Part shown: positions 1-8,470 of the stretch, in pieces
How positions within the stretch are numbered: the stretch's first letter is position 1
Layout of the letters: the number at the start of each line of letters is the position of its first letter
Source: a bacterium
GTDB taxonomy: Bacteria; Patescibacteriota; Patescibacteriia; Veblenbacterales; UBA10138
Assembly: GCA_020057885.1 (NCBI GenBank)
Contig: JAGVEX010000016.1
Coordinates: 1-55,726, forward strand
DNA length: 55,726 bases
Direction of reading: 5' to 3'
The notes under the pieces: model-generated
The model's input: the letters and a program-made list of their open reading frames with translations, nothing else
What the model was told of the DNA's origin: nothing
Databases searched by the model: none
Program-made: the position numbers and the translations under genes

Positions 1-99
1 ACCCACAGCGTTGTCAGCGAATCAATCATCCGTAACTACATTAAGAATCAAAAACAAGACCGTTAATACTGCGGGCTTTAGACCGCAGTAATTTATTAT
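1..99 (+). mobile_element. tnpA: IS200/IS605-family element: 3' end of tnpA (partial, 1-66) plus right end
   Basis: Frame 1 reads THSVVSESIIRNYIKNQKQDR*, matching the C-terminal YIxNQ catalytic-Tyr helix of Y1 HUH transposases. It is followed by AATA (65-68), hairpin ctgcgg-N8-ccgcag (69-88) and TTAT (93-96 or 96-99). Confidence 0.8.
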
Positions 100-422
100 A
101 AATTGGCCAATTGTTCGTCACTAATTTTATCCCAATAGTGCTCTTTAATTTTATCGTAAATTTCTAATAAAAAAGCTAGATGAACGCTTTTATTGGTATT
201 AGTGTTCTGGTTGTCAGTTTTTGGCTGAGCAGCATAAAAATATCCTGCCAATGAACCAGTAGTAAAAATAAGCAAAACTATCAAGACATAACCAACGATT
301 TTGTAGGGATGTTGGTTGTTTGTAAAATGATGTTTTATCTGTCCGCGCAGGGTGGGCCGATTGTTTATTGCCCGAAGTGTATTATTCTCGGCGGAATTAT
401 AGGAAGATGAATTAAATTCCAT
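96..422 (-). pseudogene. Probable truncated N-terminus of a membrane-anchored S41/CtpA-like peptidase
   Basis: One TM helix, then AFLLEIYDKIKEHYWDKISDEQL, resembling the first helix of S41 carboxy-terminal proteases. The ORF stops right at the IS right end. Confidence 0.5.
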
Positions 423-520
423 AGGTAGATTTTATTATAGCAATTTTTTATAATTATGCCAAAACTTGCTTGTAAATTCATACACAGGTAAGATATTAAT
501 ATAATAATAAATACTAATTT

Positions 521-973
521 ATGAAAAAAATCTCAGTTATAATGAGTTTTGCGTTACTTTTAGTAGTCAGTATAATATTTGGTTGGTGGGTAGGGCAAAA
601 TAAGTGTATGGGGCCACAAAATATAATAGAACTCCCACTTGCTAATTTTTCCTCCCCAAATGTGCGAGCAACAAACCCTAAGGTAAATCAAATAGTCACC
701 AGCCCTTTGGAAATTCAGGGTGAAGCCCGCGGCACTTGGTATTTTGAAGCTTCTTTTCCAGTGAAGTTATTAGATGGTAATGGCAATGAGATCGCTTCTG
801 GAATAGCGAGTGCGCAAAGTGATTGGATGACGGAAAATTTTGTGCCATTCAAATTAAAGCTTGTTTTTAATAAGCCAACTACAGCCACAGGCACTTTAGT
901 TTTAATTAAAGATAATCCTTCTGGTTTGCCGCAGAATGATGCTCAAGTTAGTTTTCCCATTCGTTTCCAATGA
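521..973 (+). CDS. Gmad2 immunoglobulin-like domain protein, membrane anchored
   Basis: N-terminal TM; motifs SPLxIxGEARGxWxFEASFPV, DWMT and KDNPSGLP. Confidence 0.8.
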   Translation: MKKISVIMSFALLLVVSIIFGWWVGQNKCMGPQNIIELPLANFSSPNVRATNPKVNQIVTSPLEIQGEARGTWYFEASFPVKLLDGNGNEIASGIASAQSDWMTENFVPFKLKLVFNKPTTATGTLVLIKDNPSGLPQNDAQVSFPIRFQ

Positions 974-2106
974 TTAATTTTAAAGTTTTAAAAAAATCTC
1001 AACATAGTCAGGCGCGGCTAGGATTACTCACTACATCACACGGTGAAGTGGAAACGCCTTGTTTGGTGCCTGTGGCCACGCAAGCCACAGTAAAAACTTT
1101 AACCAGTGAAGAAGTTTTGCAAACTAAAGCCAAATTATTAATTTCCAATACTTTTTATTTACACCAAAAACCAGGTGAGGGTTTGGTAAAAGCGGCCGGC
1201 GGGTTGCACTGTTTTATGAACTGGTCGGGCAGTTTAATGACTGATTCGGGCGGCTTTCAGGTTTTTAGTCTTGGTTTTGGCACAGATTTAGGAACTACTA
1301 AAATAGCAAAATCAAAATCGCGTTCTGAAATTGTTGTGGGACAGCAACCTAAATTGATAAAAATTACTGACCAAGGAGTTCATTTCACTTCTTACTTGGA
1401 TGGCGCTAAGCTTTTTTTAGGGCCGCGTGAATCAATTAAAATCCAGCAGGATTTGGGCGCTGATATTATATTTGCTTTTGACGAATGCCCGCCGCCACAC
1501 GCCACGCAGGACTATATGAAAAAATCTTTGGAGCGCACTCATAAGTGGGCTAAACTTTGTTTAAAACACAAAACTTCCGAGCAAGCACTTTTTGGCATTG
1601 TGCAGGGTGGCCGTTTTAAAAATTTACGTACCATTAGTGCACAGTACATTGCCAGTTTGCCTTTTGACGGTTTTGGCATTGGCGGTGAATTTGGGGCCAA
1701 TAAAGCAACTATGGAAAAAATGATAGGCTGGGTAGTGCAAAATTTACCACCCTCCAAACCAAGGCATCTTTTGGGCATTGGTTATGTGGAGGATATTTCT
1801 CGCCTTATCAAATCAGGAGTGGATACTTTTGATTGTATAGTGCCAACCCATTATGCTCGCCGCGGCATAGCTTTTACTGCAACTGGCAGGTTAGATATGA
1901 ACAAAGCCAAATTTTTACGCGATAAAAGTCCATTAGATAAAAAGTGCCATTGTTTTGTTTGCCGAGGCTATAAACGTAATTATATTACCCATCTTCTCCG
2001 TGCTAAAGAAATTACTGCACTTAAACTTTTAACTTTTCATAATTTATATTTCTTCAATGCGGTGGTGGAAAATTATCGTAAGTTAATTAAACAAGGTAAA
2101 TTGTGA
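970..2106 (+). CDS. tgt: tRNA-guanine transglycosylase
   Basis: TDSGGFQVFSL, FGIVQGG, PRHLLG and GVDTFDC motifs; Zn site CHCFVC...HN. Confidence 0.97.
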   Translation: MINFKVLKKSQHSQARLGLLTTSHGEVETPCLVPVATQATVKTLTSEEVLQTKAKLLISNTFYLHQKPGEGLVKAAGGLHCFMNWSGSLMTDSGGFQVFSLGFGTDLGTTKIAKSKSRSEIVVGQQPKLIKITDQGVHFTSYLDGAKLFLGPRESIKIQQDLGADIIFAFDECPPPHATQDYMKKSLERTHKWAKLCLKHKTSEQALFGIVQGGRFKNLRTISAQYIASLPFDGFGIGGEFGANKATMEKMIGWVVQNLPPSKPRHLLGIGYVEDISRLIKSGVDTFDCIVPTHYARRGIAFTATGRLDMNKAKFLRDKSPLDKKCHCFVCRGYKRNYITHLLRAKEITALKLLTFHNLYFFNAVVENYRKLIKQGKL

Positions 2107-3143
2107 GCATAAATTTTAAAAGATTGTTGCGGGATTATAATTATAATTTACCCGCGGATTTTATAGCGCTCAAACCAGTGCGTCCTCGCGATAGCGCTAA
2201 GCTTTTAGTGTATCAGCGCAGTTCTAATAAGATTAGTTATGATAAATTTTTTAATTTGTCAGGATATTTGCCACTCGGGTCGGTTTTAGTATTTAACCAA
2301 ACCAAAGTGATTCCCGCGCGTTTAGTTTTACAAAAGGAATCAGGGGGCAAGGTGAGAGTTTTGTATTTAGGTAGGGTGGGCAATTATCTGGAAGTTTTAG
2401 CAGACCGTAAACTAACCATTGATTCCGATATTTTTTTAAATGATAAATTAAAATTCAAAGTTATTAAACACTCTCGTGCTCATTATTTACTTAAACCGTC
2501 TTTCGCTGTAAGTCAGTTGAATAAAATATTAGAGCAATATGGAAAAACACCGTTGCCGCCTTATTTGAGGTATTCACCTTTATCAGAAAGTAGCAGACGC
2601 GAGCAGTATCAAACTGTTTTTGCGCGGGTTCCTGGATCAGTAGCGGCGCCTACCGCTTCTTTACATTTTACCAAGCGGTTGTTGCACAATTTAAAAAAAT
2701 CAGGCGTTAGTTTAAAATTTGTTACACTTCACGTTAATTTGGGAACTTTTGCGCCACTGACACAGGATCAAGTCATTACCAATAAACTTCATCGTGAATA
2801 TTATGAGATAGATAAATCAACCGCCCAATTTTTAAATAAGGCAAAAATGGAACAGCGACCAATTATTGCTGTTGGCACTACCGTAGTTAGGGCCTTGGAA
2901 TCATCCTGTGTGGCTAACAATAAAATTAAAAAGTTACGCGGCGACACCAGGTTGTTTATAAAACCGGGTTATAAATTTAAGTTTGTGAACGGTTTAATAA
3001 CGAATTTTCATGTGCCGCGTTCAAGTTTATTAATGTTAGTGTCGGCTTTTTTGTCGCGTCAAAAATTATTTAAATTATACAATTTGGCTCGTCGTCGAAA
3101 TTTTAGATTTTTTTCTTTTGGCGACGGAATGATGATACGCTGA
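2103..3143 (+). CDS. queA: S-adenosylmethionine:tRNA ribosyltransferase-isomerase
   Basis: PLPPY, YQTVFA, GSVAAPTASLHF, VGTTVVRALES, TNFHxPxSSL and FFSFGDGM motifs. Confidence 0.97.
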   Translation: MSINFKRLLRDYNYNLPADFIALKPVRPRDSAKLLVYQRSSNKISYDKFFNLSGYLPLGSVLVFNQTKVIPARLVLQKESGGKVRVLYLGRVGNYLEVLADRKLTIDSDIFLNDKLKFKVIKHSRAHYLLKPSFAVSQLNKILEQYGKTPLPPYLRYSPLSESSRREQYQTVFARVPGSVAAPTASLHFTKRLLHNLKKSGVSLKFVTLHVNLGTFAPLTQDQVITNKLHREYYEIDKSTAQFLNKAKMEQRPIIAVGTTVVRALESSCVANNKIKKLRGDTRLFIKPGYKFKFVNGLITNFHVPRSSLLMLVSAFLSRQKLFKLYNLARRRNFRFFSFGDGMMIR

Positions 3144-3157
3144 AGTATTTAATTGGC

Positions 3158-3186
3158 TTGACTTGTAGGTGCATTAGTAATATTAT
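3158..3186 (+). promoter_or_regulatory. sigma70-type promoter of the hydrolase gene
   Basis: TTGACT (3158-3163), 17 bp, TATTAT (3181-3186). Confidence 0.55.
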
Positions 3187-3267
3187 CGTTGTAAGTTAAA
3201 TAAATAATTTAAAAATGCTACCGTATAATTTTGTATAATTAATTAAATTAAAGGAGGAGTAATAAAA

Positions 3268-4140
3268 ATGGATTATTTTATTAAACAGTCGAAAGTTGTG
3301 GAGGAGAGGATATCTTTTGATTTTAATGGAAAACCTAGTTATGTGAATGTAAGGTTTTTCGAAGGCAAACGTCCTGGAAATCTTTTAGCCCTGCACGGAC
3401 TTGGCACGCAGGGATATTGTTTTGATAAAGTTGCAGACAAGCTGAAGTTGACACTCATTGCTATAGATTGGTATGGATATGGTAAATCAGATAGAAGGCT
3501 TGGAAAAAATGATAAATATGAAGCACAGACGTGCGCTGATTGGTTATTGGTTGCAGTGACAGCATTGCAGGCTAGGGGAGTTCTGGCTAGTAAATTCAGT
3601 GTCCTGGCCATATCGATGTCGGCTATACCTTTAGCATTAGACTATGAGAAAATGCCCATAGAAAAGATAATATTAATTCATCCAGCAGGGCTTGATAAGA
3701 AGATAAGTAAGAAGTTTGCCTTCGGACTAAGTAGTGGAATATTATCCGACGGTTTACTTAATGTCCTAACTTTGCACCCAGTCTGGGAGTTAATATGGAA
3801 ATTTACACCTATCCAAAGTTCAGATGAGCGAAGAAGATACATCAGGGCTGATGTACTGCAGCATAATGGTGAGTTTGAGGTTTTACGTAGATATTCTAGG
3901 AGTGGTTTTGACTTTTTTGGAAATATGAGAAAAACTCATTACATCCCAGAATATTTCAATAGGATTAAATGTCCAGTACTTTTGCTTTATGGGAACGATA
4001 CCATATTTTATAAGAAGAAGTATGTAGAGTTCGCAAATAAAGTAGGTTGGAAAACTGTACACTTACCAAATTTTCCCCATAATATGGTTAGGAGTCATGC
4101 AGATATAATTGCTAGATCAATCAATGATTTTCTAGATTAA
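3268..4140 (+). CDS. Alpha/beta hydrolase fold protein
   Basis: LHG oxyanion motif, IDWYGYGKSD, elbow AISMS, CPVLLLYG and a C-terminal His; strong SD AAGGAGG. Confidence 0.85.
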   Translation: MDYFIKQSKVVEERISFDFNGKPSYVNVRFFEGKRPGNLLALHGLGTQGYCFDKVADKLKLTLIAIDWYGYGKSDRRLGKNDKYEAQTCADWLLVAVTALQARGVLASKFSVLAISMSAIPLALDYEKMPIEKIILIHPAGLDKKISKKFAFGLSSGILSDGLLNVLTLHPVWELIWKFTPIQSSDERRRYIRADVLQHNGEFEVLRRYSRSGFDFFGNMRKTHYIPEYFNRIKCPVLLLYGNDTIFYKKKYVEFANKVGWKTVHLPNFPHNMVRSHADIIARSINDFLD

Positions 4141-4176
4141 TATGATACAAAAGAACAACGTAAACATAAAGGTACA

Positions 4177-4212
4177 AAGCCCTGGTTGGAATTTGTCGGG
4201 GCTTATTTTTTT
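4177..4212 (+). terminator. Intrinsic terminator
   Basis: aagccctg/cggggctt stem followed by a T-tract. Confidence 0.6.
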
Positions 4213-4254
4213 GACTATAGAATGATGATATACTGAAATAGGGGAGCGAGGTTT

Positions 4255-4545
4255 ATGCTTAAACATTTAAATATCAGGGTCTTTGGCAGAGTGCGGGATG
4301 TTGGTTATCGTGCCACAGCGCGGCAAAAAGCCATAGCCCTTGGTTTGGTTGGCCTAGCTCGTAATGAGACAGATGATTCGGTTTATCTTGAGATAGAGGG
4401 TGAGGCAGGTAAGATAGATAAATTTCTTAAATGGTGCTACAAAGGGCCTTGGTTTGCTAAGGTTATTAAGGTTGAAGTGACTGAAGGAGTTATTAAGCAC
4501 TATATTAACTTTATTATTGATTACAACCAAACATTATTGACATAG
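4255..4545 (+). CDS. acyP: Acylphosphatase
   Basis: GRVRDVGYR (canonical GxVQGVGFR), conserved Asn, GPxxAxV; 96 aa. Confidence 0.88.
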   Translation: MLKHLNIRVFGRVRDVGYRATARQKAIALGLVGLARNETDDSVYLEIEGEAGKIDKFLKWCYKGPWFAKVIKVEVTEGVIKHYINFIIDYNQTLLT

Positions 4546-4594
4546 TATTTATTAATCTGTTATCATATAAGTATGATATTTCATACTTTTCATA
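4537..4594 (+). promoter_or_regulatory. Promoter with overlapping palindromic operator(s) ahead of the AbrB-ABC exporter operon
   Basis: TTGACA 4537-4542 and extended TGn-TATCAT 4558-4566. Palindromes: aagtatga-N4-tcatactt (4569-4588) and tatcata-N4-tatgata (4561-4578). Confidence 0.65.
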
Positions 4595-4602
4595 TTTAAA
4601 CT

Positions 4603-4851
4603 ATGTCTGTTACTAAACATAAATTAGCATGCGTTATTGACAATATGTGTTTAGGGACTACTACTATGGGAGCTCGTGGCCAAGTGGTAGTGCCAGTAGA
4701 AGCCAGAAAGGCTATGCGTTTAAAGCAGGGGGATAAATTAATGGTTTTTGTTAAATTTGGCAAAGCGCTAGGATTTATCAGAACAGAAGAGATGTCTGGT
4801 TTTATCGATAGCCTTACCAAACATGTTAATAAAATTAAAAAACATAAATAA
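4603..4851 (+). CDS. AbrB/MazE/SpoVT-family DNA-binding protein
   Basis: GARGQVVVPVEARKAMRLKQGDKL looped-hinge helix motif. Confidence 0.9.
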   Translation: MSVTKHKLACVIDNMCLGTTTMGARGQVVVPVEARKAMRLKQGDKLMVFVKFGKALGFIRTEEMSGFIDSLTKHVNKIKKHK

Positions 4852-4873
4852 TTTATAAATAATTTTTTAATCT

Positions 4874-6445
4874 ATGTCAGTTTTACGTATTTTAAAACTT
4901 AAGATATTTTGGATACCGTTTGGGGTAGTTGTTTTAATTATAGTTGGTGTAATATATCAACGCGGACAAAATGCTAAACCAACCTATTCCACCGAAACAG
5001 TTAAAAAACAAGATCTCATGCAGACAGTTTCGGTAACTGGTACAGTTGAGGCGGCGGAAGAAATAAATTTAAATTTTAAAACTTCGGGGAGAATTTCTTC
5101 CCTTAAAGCCAAAGTAGGCGATAGTGTAAGGGCTGGCGATTCCTTAGCTAGTTTAGATAGCCGTGATGCTGAAAGCGCGGTATTAACTGCTGATGCTAAT
5201 CTGAAAAGTGCACGAGCCACTTTAGATAAACTAAAGGCTGGTACACAACCAGAAAGTATTGCAGTAACACGTGCTGCTTTTAGCGCCGCGCAAACCACTT
5301 TGGATAATGCCCGACAATCTTTGGAAAATACTAAAAATTCTCAAACACAGGCAGTGTCCAATGCTTTGGCACAGTTAGTTGGCTTACCAGTAACAGTCGT
5401 GTCAGCTAAAGATAATCTTTCTACTATTACACTTACAGTCAGTGGTACTTACTCAGGAACTGAAATGGGAAAGTATACTATCCGTCTTGATAATCCATAC
5501 AATTTATTATATTTGGTTACTGGTTTAGAAACAGGTGGAGCCGAGGGTAGTCGCACTACTAGTACACCAATTGGTATCCGCGGTTTAAAATTACAATTCA
5601 GTTCGACCGGCACTTTTGTTGTTGGTGACACTTTTACAATAGAAGTTCCCAACACATCAAGTTCCAGTTATGCTAGCTATAAAGCCGCTTATGATGCTGC
5701 TCTCACAACTAAAAAACAGCAAGTAGATGCCGCCGAAGCTACAGTTAAAGCGGCCGAGCAGTCATTGGCCCAAGCGCAAGCTTCCTTGTCTTTAGCAGAA
5801 GCGCCTGCTAGGTCTTTTGATATTAATGTAGCTGAGGCAAATGTGGAATCTGCGCAAGCAACTTTAATTAAAATGCAGAGTGATTTTGGCGACCGTATTT
5901 TACGTGCGCCAGTTGATGGCATAGTTACGAAAGTTAATAATGAAGTGGGTGAAACAAATTCATTGGCAACCCCTGTTGTGGTAATGTTGTCGCTCGGTAA
6001 TCGAGAGGTGAAAGTAAAAGTTCCAGAATCAGATATTGCCAAACTTAAAGTTGGTCAACTGACCGATATGACGCTTGATGCTTTTGGCAGTGCCGAACAT
6101 TTTAGTGGACATATTTCTTTTATTGATCCAGCCTCAACTGTGGTTCAGGATGTGGTTTATTATGAGGTTACTATATTGTTTGACGGCAAAGATGAACGTA
6201 TTAAACCAGGCATGACTACAAATATTGATATCACCACCGGCGCCAGTACCAATGTTTTGGTAATTCCTTTGCGTGCGGTTAAGTATGATGCAGATCGTAA
6301 AATTTATGTGGAAACTCTGGTAAACGATCAGGTTGTAAAAAAAGAGGTCAGTTTAGGTTTGAAGGGTGATGATGGTTTAGTTGAGATAACGAGCGGGTTG
6401 CAAGAAGGTGAAAATGTAATTACTTTTAAGCAAAACGGCAAATAG
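4874..6445 (+). CDS. Efflux membrane-fusion (adaptor) protein, MacA/YknX-like, with an inserted beta-rich domain
   Basis: N-terminal TM, lipoyl half-motifs (VGDSVRAG, LRAPVDG), long coiled coil, IKPGMT and GLQEGENV. Confidence 0.9.
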   Translation: MSVLRILKLKIFWIPFGVVVLIIVGVIYQRGQNAKPTYSTETVKKQDLMQTVSVTGTVEAAEEINLNFKTSGRISSLKAKVGDSVRAGDSLASLDSRDAESAVLTADANLKSARATLDKLKAGTQPESIAVTRAAFSAAQTTLDNARQSLENTKNSQTQAVSNALAQLVGLPVTVVSAKDNLSTITLTVSGTYSGTEMGKYTIRLDNPYNLLYLVTGLETGGAEGSRTTSTPIGIRGLKLQFSSTGTFVVGDTFTIEVPNTSSSSYASYKAAYDAALTTKKQQVDAAEATVKAAEQSLAQAQASLSLAEAPARSFDINVAEANVESAQATLIKMQSDFGDRILRAPVDGIVTKVNNEVGETNSLATPVVVMLSLGNREVKVKVPESDIAKLKVGQLTDMTLDAFGSAEHFSGHISFIDPASTVVQDVVYYEVTILFDGKDERIKPGMTTNIDITTGASTNVLVIPLRAVKYDADRKIYVETLVNDQVVKKEVSLGLKGDDGLVEITSGLQEGENVITFKQNGK

Positions 6446-6449
6446 TAAT

Positions 6450-7178
6450 ATGACCGATCTTATTAAAATAGTAAAACTTAATAAGCAGTACGAAAATGAA
6501 GATGTGGTTACGCCAGTACTGCACGAATTATCATTCAATATAAAATCAGGAGAGTTTGTCTCCATTATTGGTCCTTCTGGTTCTGGAAAATCGACCCTGA
6601 TGCATATTTTGGGTTTTTTAGATCGATTATCTAGTGGAGAATATTTTTTTGAAGATAAAGATGTTAGCAAATTTACCGAAGATGAATTAGCTCAAATGCG
6701 TTCACAAAAAGTTGGATTTGTTTTCCAGCAATTTAATTTATTGCCCAAGACCAGTGTGCTGGAAAATGTTAAATTACCTTTGCTTTATGTAGATATAACA
6801 GAGGGGGAGCGGGATAAGCGCGCCCGCGAGGCGGTAAAATCGGTTGGTTTGGAGCATCGTGTAAATTATTTATCTAACCAGCTTTCGGGCGGTGAAAAAC
6901 AGCGCGTGGCTATAGCACGGGCGTTGGTAAATAATCCGGCAGTAATTTTTGCTGACGAGCCAACTGGCAATTTAGATTCAAAATCAGGCCAACAGATTAT
7001 GAAATTGCTTTATGACCTCAATACTAAAGAGGGTCATACCGTAATTTTGGTTACACACGAAACATATACAGCTGAGCATGCTAAGCGCATTTTAAAACTG
7101 AAAGACGGTAATTTGGTGTCGGATGAGTTAGTGCCTGAAGATCGTCGGCAGAATGCGATTAGCGGTGAACTTAAATAA
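6450..7178 (+). CDS. ABC transporter ATP-binding protein (MacB/LolD type)
   Basis: Walker [27 protein letters not shown] and H-loop. Confidence 0.95.
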   Translation: MTDLIKIVKLNKQYENEDVVTPVLHELSFNIKSGEFVSIIGPSGSGKSTLMHILGFLDRLSSGEYFFEDKDVSKFTEDELAQMRSQKVGFVFQQFNLLPKTSVLENVKLPLLYVDITEGERDKRAREAVKSVGLEHRVNYLSNQLSGGEKQRVAIARALVNNPAVIFADEPTGNLDSKSGQQIMKLLYDLNTKEGHTVILVTHETYTAEHAKRILKLKDGNLVSDELVPEDRRQNAISGELK

Positions 7179-7220
7179 AAAAGGAGTAGTACGTTTTGTT
7201 TTTGATTGCCAGCTATTTTT

Positions 7221-8465
7221 ATGAATTTCCGCAGTGTATTAAAATTATCAACCAATAATCTCAGAGCTAATCCTTTGCGGTCTTTTTTAACAATGCTCGG
7301 GCTTATTATTGGTATTGGTTCGGTGATACTTATTGTTTCGGTTGGCGCTGGTGCACAGTCACTCATCTTGTCGCAAGTTAATAAAATAGGGAGTAATCTT
7401 ATAGGCATTTTGCCAGGCGCTTCGGATGCCAAAGGGCCGCCCGCTTCTGTATTTGGCATTCAGGTAAAAACTTTAATCAATGATGATATAAAGGCTATTT
7501 CGAACGATGGCCGCGCGCATCATATTGTGGCGGTGGCTGGTTATGCCCAAGGTCAGGGTGAGGTGATTTACGAAAATCGTAGTATTAAAAGTGGTACTTT
7601 TATGGGAGTGTCGGACAATTATCCAGAGGTTGAAAATGTTGCTTTACAATCTGGACGTTTTTTTACTGCCGAAGAGGAAAGTGGATTGGCTAGAGTGGCA
7701 ATTTTAGGGAGCGAGGCGGTTAATGAACTTTTTCAGGGAGAAAATCCCCTTGGTAAGACCATCAAAATCAAACATACGTCTTATAAAGTAATAGGTGAGT
7801 TTGAATCACGCGGTTCGGTTGCTTTTACAAATCAGGATAAATATATCTTTATTCCTTTGGGTACGGCACAAAAAATTATGCTCGGTTGGCGGCATCTTTC
7901 TTTAATTCGGGCTAAAATAGATGACGCTGCCAATGTAGACGAAACTATAGATTCGGTTAAACAAATTTTACGTCAGCAGCATAAATTGGAAGGTGATGCG
8001 GAAGATGATTTTTCAGTGCGTAACGCCGCTCAAGCCATTGATATGCTTAAAAGCATTACAGATGCTTTTCGTTTTTTCTTAGCGGCCATTGCGGCTATTT
8101 CTCTTTTAGTTGGCGGAATTGGGATTATGAATATAATGTTGGTAGCAGTAACAGAACGCTATCGGGAGATTGGCTTGCGTAAGGCCGTGGGCGCTACCAA
8201 GCGTAATATTTTAAATCAGTTTATTTTAGAAACATTGGTTATTGCCACCATTGGTTCAGCGCTTGGCATTTTTGGTGGAGCAGCTATTTCCGGAATAATT
8301 GCTATTGTAGCCAAAGCGCTTGGTTATGATTGGTCATTTATTGTTTCCGTCACTTCTATTTTATTAGCAGTGGTCGTGGGCACATTGATAGGCTTGGTTT
8401 TTGGTTATTATCCAGCCCGCCGTGCAGCTGGCTTGGATCCAATTACCTCGTTGCGCTATGAATAA
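7221..8465 (+). CDS. MacB/FtsX-type ABC permease 1 (ATG at 7221 preferred)
   Basis: RSFLTMLGLIIGI, GGIGIMNIMLVAVTER, EIGLRKAVGA and PARRAAxLDPI. Confidence 0.93.
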   Translation: MNFRSVLKLSTNNLRANPLRSFLTMLGLIIGIGSVILIVSVGAGAQSLILSQVNKIGSNLIGILPGASDAKGPPASVFGIQVKTLINDDIKAISNDGRAHHIVAVAGYAQGQGEVIYENRSIKSGTFMGVSDNYPEVENVALQSGRFFTAEEESGLARVAILGSEAVNELFQGENPLGKTIKIKHTSYKVIGEFESRGSVAFTNQDKYIFIPLGTAQKIMLGWRHLSLIRAKIDDAANVDETIDSVKQILRQQHKLEGDAEDDFSVRNAAQAIDMLKSITDAFRFFLAAIAAISLLVGGIGIMNIMLVAVTERYREIGLRKAVGATKRNILNQFILETLVIATIGSALGIFGGAAISGIIAIVAKALGYDWSFIVSVTSILLAVVVGTLIGLVFGYYPARRAAGLDPITSLRYE

Positions 8466-8470
8466 TTTTT

